A DNA stretch of 46,946 nt from Verrucomicrobiota bacterium (lineage in GTDB: Bacteria; Verrucomicrobiota; Verrucomicrobiia; Limisphaerales; UBA9464). Location of the stretch: contig JBBRQL010000002.1 of NCBI GenBank assembly GCA_038226425.1, forward strand, positions 1 through 46,946, given 5' to 3'. The notes under the pieces are model-generated. The model ran no database searches. It had not been told where the DNA came from and worked only from the letters and a program-made list of their open reading frames with translations. Both the position numbers and the translations under genes were made by a program. This document shows, piece after piece, positions 44,851 through 46,946 of the stretch; the first letter of the stretch is position 1; the number at the start of each line of letters is the position of its first letter.

Positions 44851-46536
44851 ATGTTCCGCACTGCCGTCCTGCTGGCCCTCGCTTCCGCGCTGCTCTGGCG
44901 CGCGTCCGCGGGCGCGGATGACGACTTCATCGCCGCCTACAACCTCATCCAGCAGTCCGACACCTTCCGCGAGACCGGCCAGGTCAGCTCCGCCCGTCGT
45001 GGTTATGCCGAGGCCTTGACCCGGCTCCGCGAGCTGCAGCGCAGCTATCCCACGTGGAACGAGCGTGTGATCGCCTACCGTCTGCGCTACGTCGCCGAGA
45101 AGATCGGCACGCTGCCGGAGACGGCCGCCGCCGCTGAGTTGCCCGCGGATCCGGCCACCGCGCCGACCGCCGCCGCGACCGTCCGCGATCCGTCCGAGCT
45201 GGCGCCGAGCGGCGAGGTCATCACCCAGTTCAACACGCTCAACTCGCAGATCGCACAGCTCGGCGCGGACAAGAAGCTCCTGGAGGCCAAGCTCCGCGAG
45301 GCCCTCACCGCCCAGCCGGTGCCCATCGATCCGCGCGAGCTCCAGCAGGCCGTCGAGAAGATCAGCGCGCTCCAGGTCACCAACAAGGTCCTGCTCGCCT
45401 CGCTGGAGCAGCAGCAGGCCGAGCGGAAGAACCTGGTCGAGAAGGTCGTCGCCGAAGAAGCACAGAAGGCGCTGAACGATGCCAACCGCCAGTTGCTCGC
45501 ACAGAAGAAAGGTGCCGCCGCGCTCGCCAAGGAGAAGACCGACCTCGAGGCCGCGCTCAAGCGGCTGCAGGACGGCGACCTCAAGCAGCTCAAGGGCGAG
45601 AACAGCACGCTCAAGTCGCAGGTGACCGAGCTGCGTTCCGAGACCGAGCGCGGCAAGCTCGTCGCCGACCTCTCCGCCCGCCTCGGCAAGCTGCAGCTCA
45701 AGCTCGACGACACCGCCAAACAGAACGAGCTGCTGCTCGCCGACAAGACGAAGCTCGAGAAGCAGGTCGACGACCTCCGCGCCCGCCAGAGCGAGGAGAG
45801 CATCGTCCGCGTCAACAAGCTGGAGACCGACCTCGCCGTGGCCCGCGCCGATGCCGGACGCAACGCCGCCAAGGCCGAGGACATCGCCGTCGCGCTGGAC
45901 AAGGAGAAGACCACCCGCGGACGCCTGGAACAGGACAACCGGACGCTCACCGCGCGTGTCACCGTCCTCACCGGAGAGCTCGCTGCCGCCAAGGCGCTGG
46001 AGACCGCGCTTGCCGCCGAGAAGACCGAGCGCGCCGAGGTCGAGGCCCAGCTGAAGGCCGCCGAGGAACGCTTGGCCGCGACCCGCCTCGCCGCCCCTGT
46101 CGCCGCGATTCCCGGCGCGGCCCCGCAGCCGCCTTCCGCCGGCGATGCCGCCGTCGTCGCGCAGCTCCGCGTGCTCGAGGGCGAGACCACCCGGCTACGC
46201 GGCTCCTTGCGCGACAGCCACGCCCGCGAGACAGAGCTGAAGACCTTGCTCGCCGAGGCCGACGGCCAACGCATCCGGTGGGAGCAGGGCAAGGCCGAGC
46301 TGACGAAGCGCCTTGCGCTGGCCGAGCAGGCCGCCGCCGCGACGCCGTCCGCGAAGGACGGCCGGACCATCCGCGCCCTCGAGATGAAAGTCCGCGAGCT
46401 GGAGCAGCAACGCGATACCTTGGCCAAGAAGCTCGTCGCCGCCAGCCGCCGCGTGGGCACGCAGCTCGCGGCCGCGCGGACCTCGCGGCTCGGCTCCCCA
46501 CGCGACCGCGTGGTGGAGTTCTATCAAGAGCGGTGA
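44851..46536 (+). CDS. secreted long coiled-coil protein with TPR-like N-terminal helices, function unknown
   Basis: Signal peptide MFRTAVLLALASALLWRASAGA. About 450 aa of heptad-like Ala/Glu/Lys/Leu-rich sequence (LKGENSTLKSQVTELRSETERGKLVADLSARLGKLQLKLDD...). Clean 561-aa ORF. Confidence 0.7.
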   Translation: MFRTAVLLALASALLWRASAGADDDFIAAYNLIQQSDTFRETGQVSSARRGYAEALTRLRELQRSYPTWNERVIAYRLRYVAEKIGTLPETAAAAELPADPATAPTAAATVRDPSELAPSGEVITQFNTLNSQIAQLGADKKLLEAKLREALTAQPVPIDPRELQQAVEKISALQVTNKVLLASLEQQQAERKNLVEKVVAEEAQKALNDANRQLLAQKKGAAALAKEKTDLEAALKRLQDGDLKQLKGENSTLKSQVTELRSETERGKLVADLSARLGKLQLKLDDTAKQNELLLADKTKLEKQVDDLRARQSEESIVRVNKLETDLAVARADAGRNAAKAEDIAVALDKEKTTRGRLEQDNRTLTARVTVLTGELAAAKALETALAAEKTERAEVEAQLKAAEERLAATRLAAPVAAIPGAAPQPPSAGDAAVVAQLRVLEGETTRLRGSLRDSHARETELKTLLAEADGQRIRWEQGKAELTKRLALAEQAAAATPSAKDGRTIRALEMKVRELEQQRDTLAKKLVAASRRVGTQLAAARTSRLGSPRDRVVEFYQER

Positions 46537-46590
46537 ACAAGGAAGACGGCGGCGGCCTGAGCGGGAACCCAGCAACAAAGGTTGGGTGGA

Positions 46591-46723
46591 ACGGGCCACC
46601 GGCCCGTTTGGGCGGGCTACCAGCCCGCCGCGTTGGGTGCGCCGGGAACGCACCCTCCGGTGGGTGTGTCCTTGTGCCGAAACTCGGCGGCAAGTTGCCG
46701 CCGAGGACGGCCAAGTTGGCCGT
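46591..46723. repeat. battery of paired perfect palindromes downstream of the coiled-coil gene
   Basis: ACGGGCC-ACC-GGCCCGT (46591-46607) and GGCGGGCT-ACC-AGCCCGCC (46611-46629). CGGCGGCAA-G-TTGCCGCCG (46685-46703) and ACGGCCAA-G-TTGGCCGT (46707-46723). Confidence 0.75.
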
Positions 46724-46780
46724 TCCACCCTGATCCAGCTGCATGGTTCCGAGGTTGGGAGCCTGTCTGAAACGACAGTC

Positions 46781-46861
46781 GCTGGCATCCCTCCGGGATG
46801 CTTCGCATCGTGACCCGGGACCGGGGGTGTCGTCGCGCTCCTCGACCCCCGGCTAATGGCT
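46781..46861 (+). repeat. dispersed structured repeat, copy 2
   Basis: GCTGGCATCCCTCCGGGATGCTTCG...GACCGGGGGTGTCGTCGCGCTCCTCGACCCCCGGCTAATGGCT. Same orientation and same two hairpins as 35898-35984. Confidence 0.85.
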
Positions 46862-46869
46862 AGAGCGGT

Positions 46870-46946
46870 TTAAATGAAACTGTAGCCGCAAGAGGCGAAC
46901 CAGTTTTGGGCGTCTTTGGCGGTGACGGAGGCCAAGGCTGAGGCGA
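46870..46946 (-). CDS. possible 3' end of a gene entering from the right edge
   Basis: The minus-strand frame reads ...ASALASVTAKDAQNWFASCGYSFI* with TAA at 46870-46872. Only 25 codons are visible. G+C drops here. Confidence 0.25.
   Translation of the reverse strand, partial: ASALASVTAKDAQNWFASCGYSFI

Overview
High-GC (by eye about 65-70%) bacterial chromosomal window. The gene content and intergenic repeat style suggest the PVC superphylum, probably Verrucomicrobiota/Opitutales-like (inference only). No search or computation was run; all calls come from reading the translations and the DNA.

Layout:
(1) 1-7342 is an accessory-looking left end. It holds a partial secreted-protein gene, a decayed IS66 transposase remnant and a translationally coupled three-gene module. 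That module encodes a PEGA-repeat membrane protein, a small TM protein, and an orphan TraD/VirD4-like FtsK-HerA-superfamily ATPase with a C-terminal nuclease-like domain. The region ends at the 3' end of tRNA-Gly(CCC). This is my best candidate for an undescribed system.
(2) 7628-20445 (minus strand) is a tightly overlapping 13-gene type II secretion / type IV pilus-like operon: leader small protein, gspE-F-G-H-I-J-K, a PilM-PilN fusion, PilO-like, a PilP-like lipoprotein, then a secretin encoded as two separate genes.
(3) 20634-40853 is mostly housekeeping: speA, an esterase-SMP30 fusion, an rRNA methyltransferase, thyA, a beta-lactamase-family hydrolase, an RluA-family synthase, pgsA, pgpA, a YqeY-like protein, rsmI, a GNAT, gnd, pgi and a fatty-acid hydroxylase. 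A small unknown operon sits at 22626-23807.
(4) 41157-46536 holds a BlaI-family repressor and a BlaR1/M56 protease fused to a C-terminal secretin domain, followed by a secreted 561-aa coiled-coil protein.

Several intergenic regions carry structured dispersed repeats and palindromes. No rRNA, CRISPR array, integrase or intact transposase was seen. Many long antisense ORFs in the track are GC-driven shadows.
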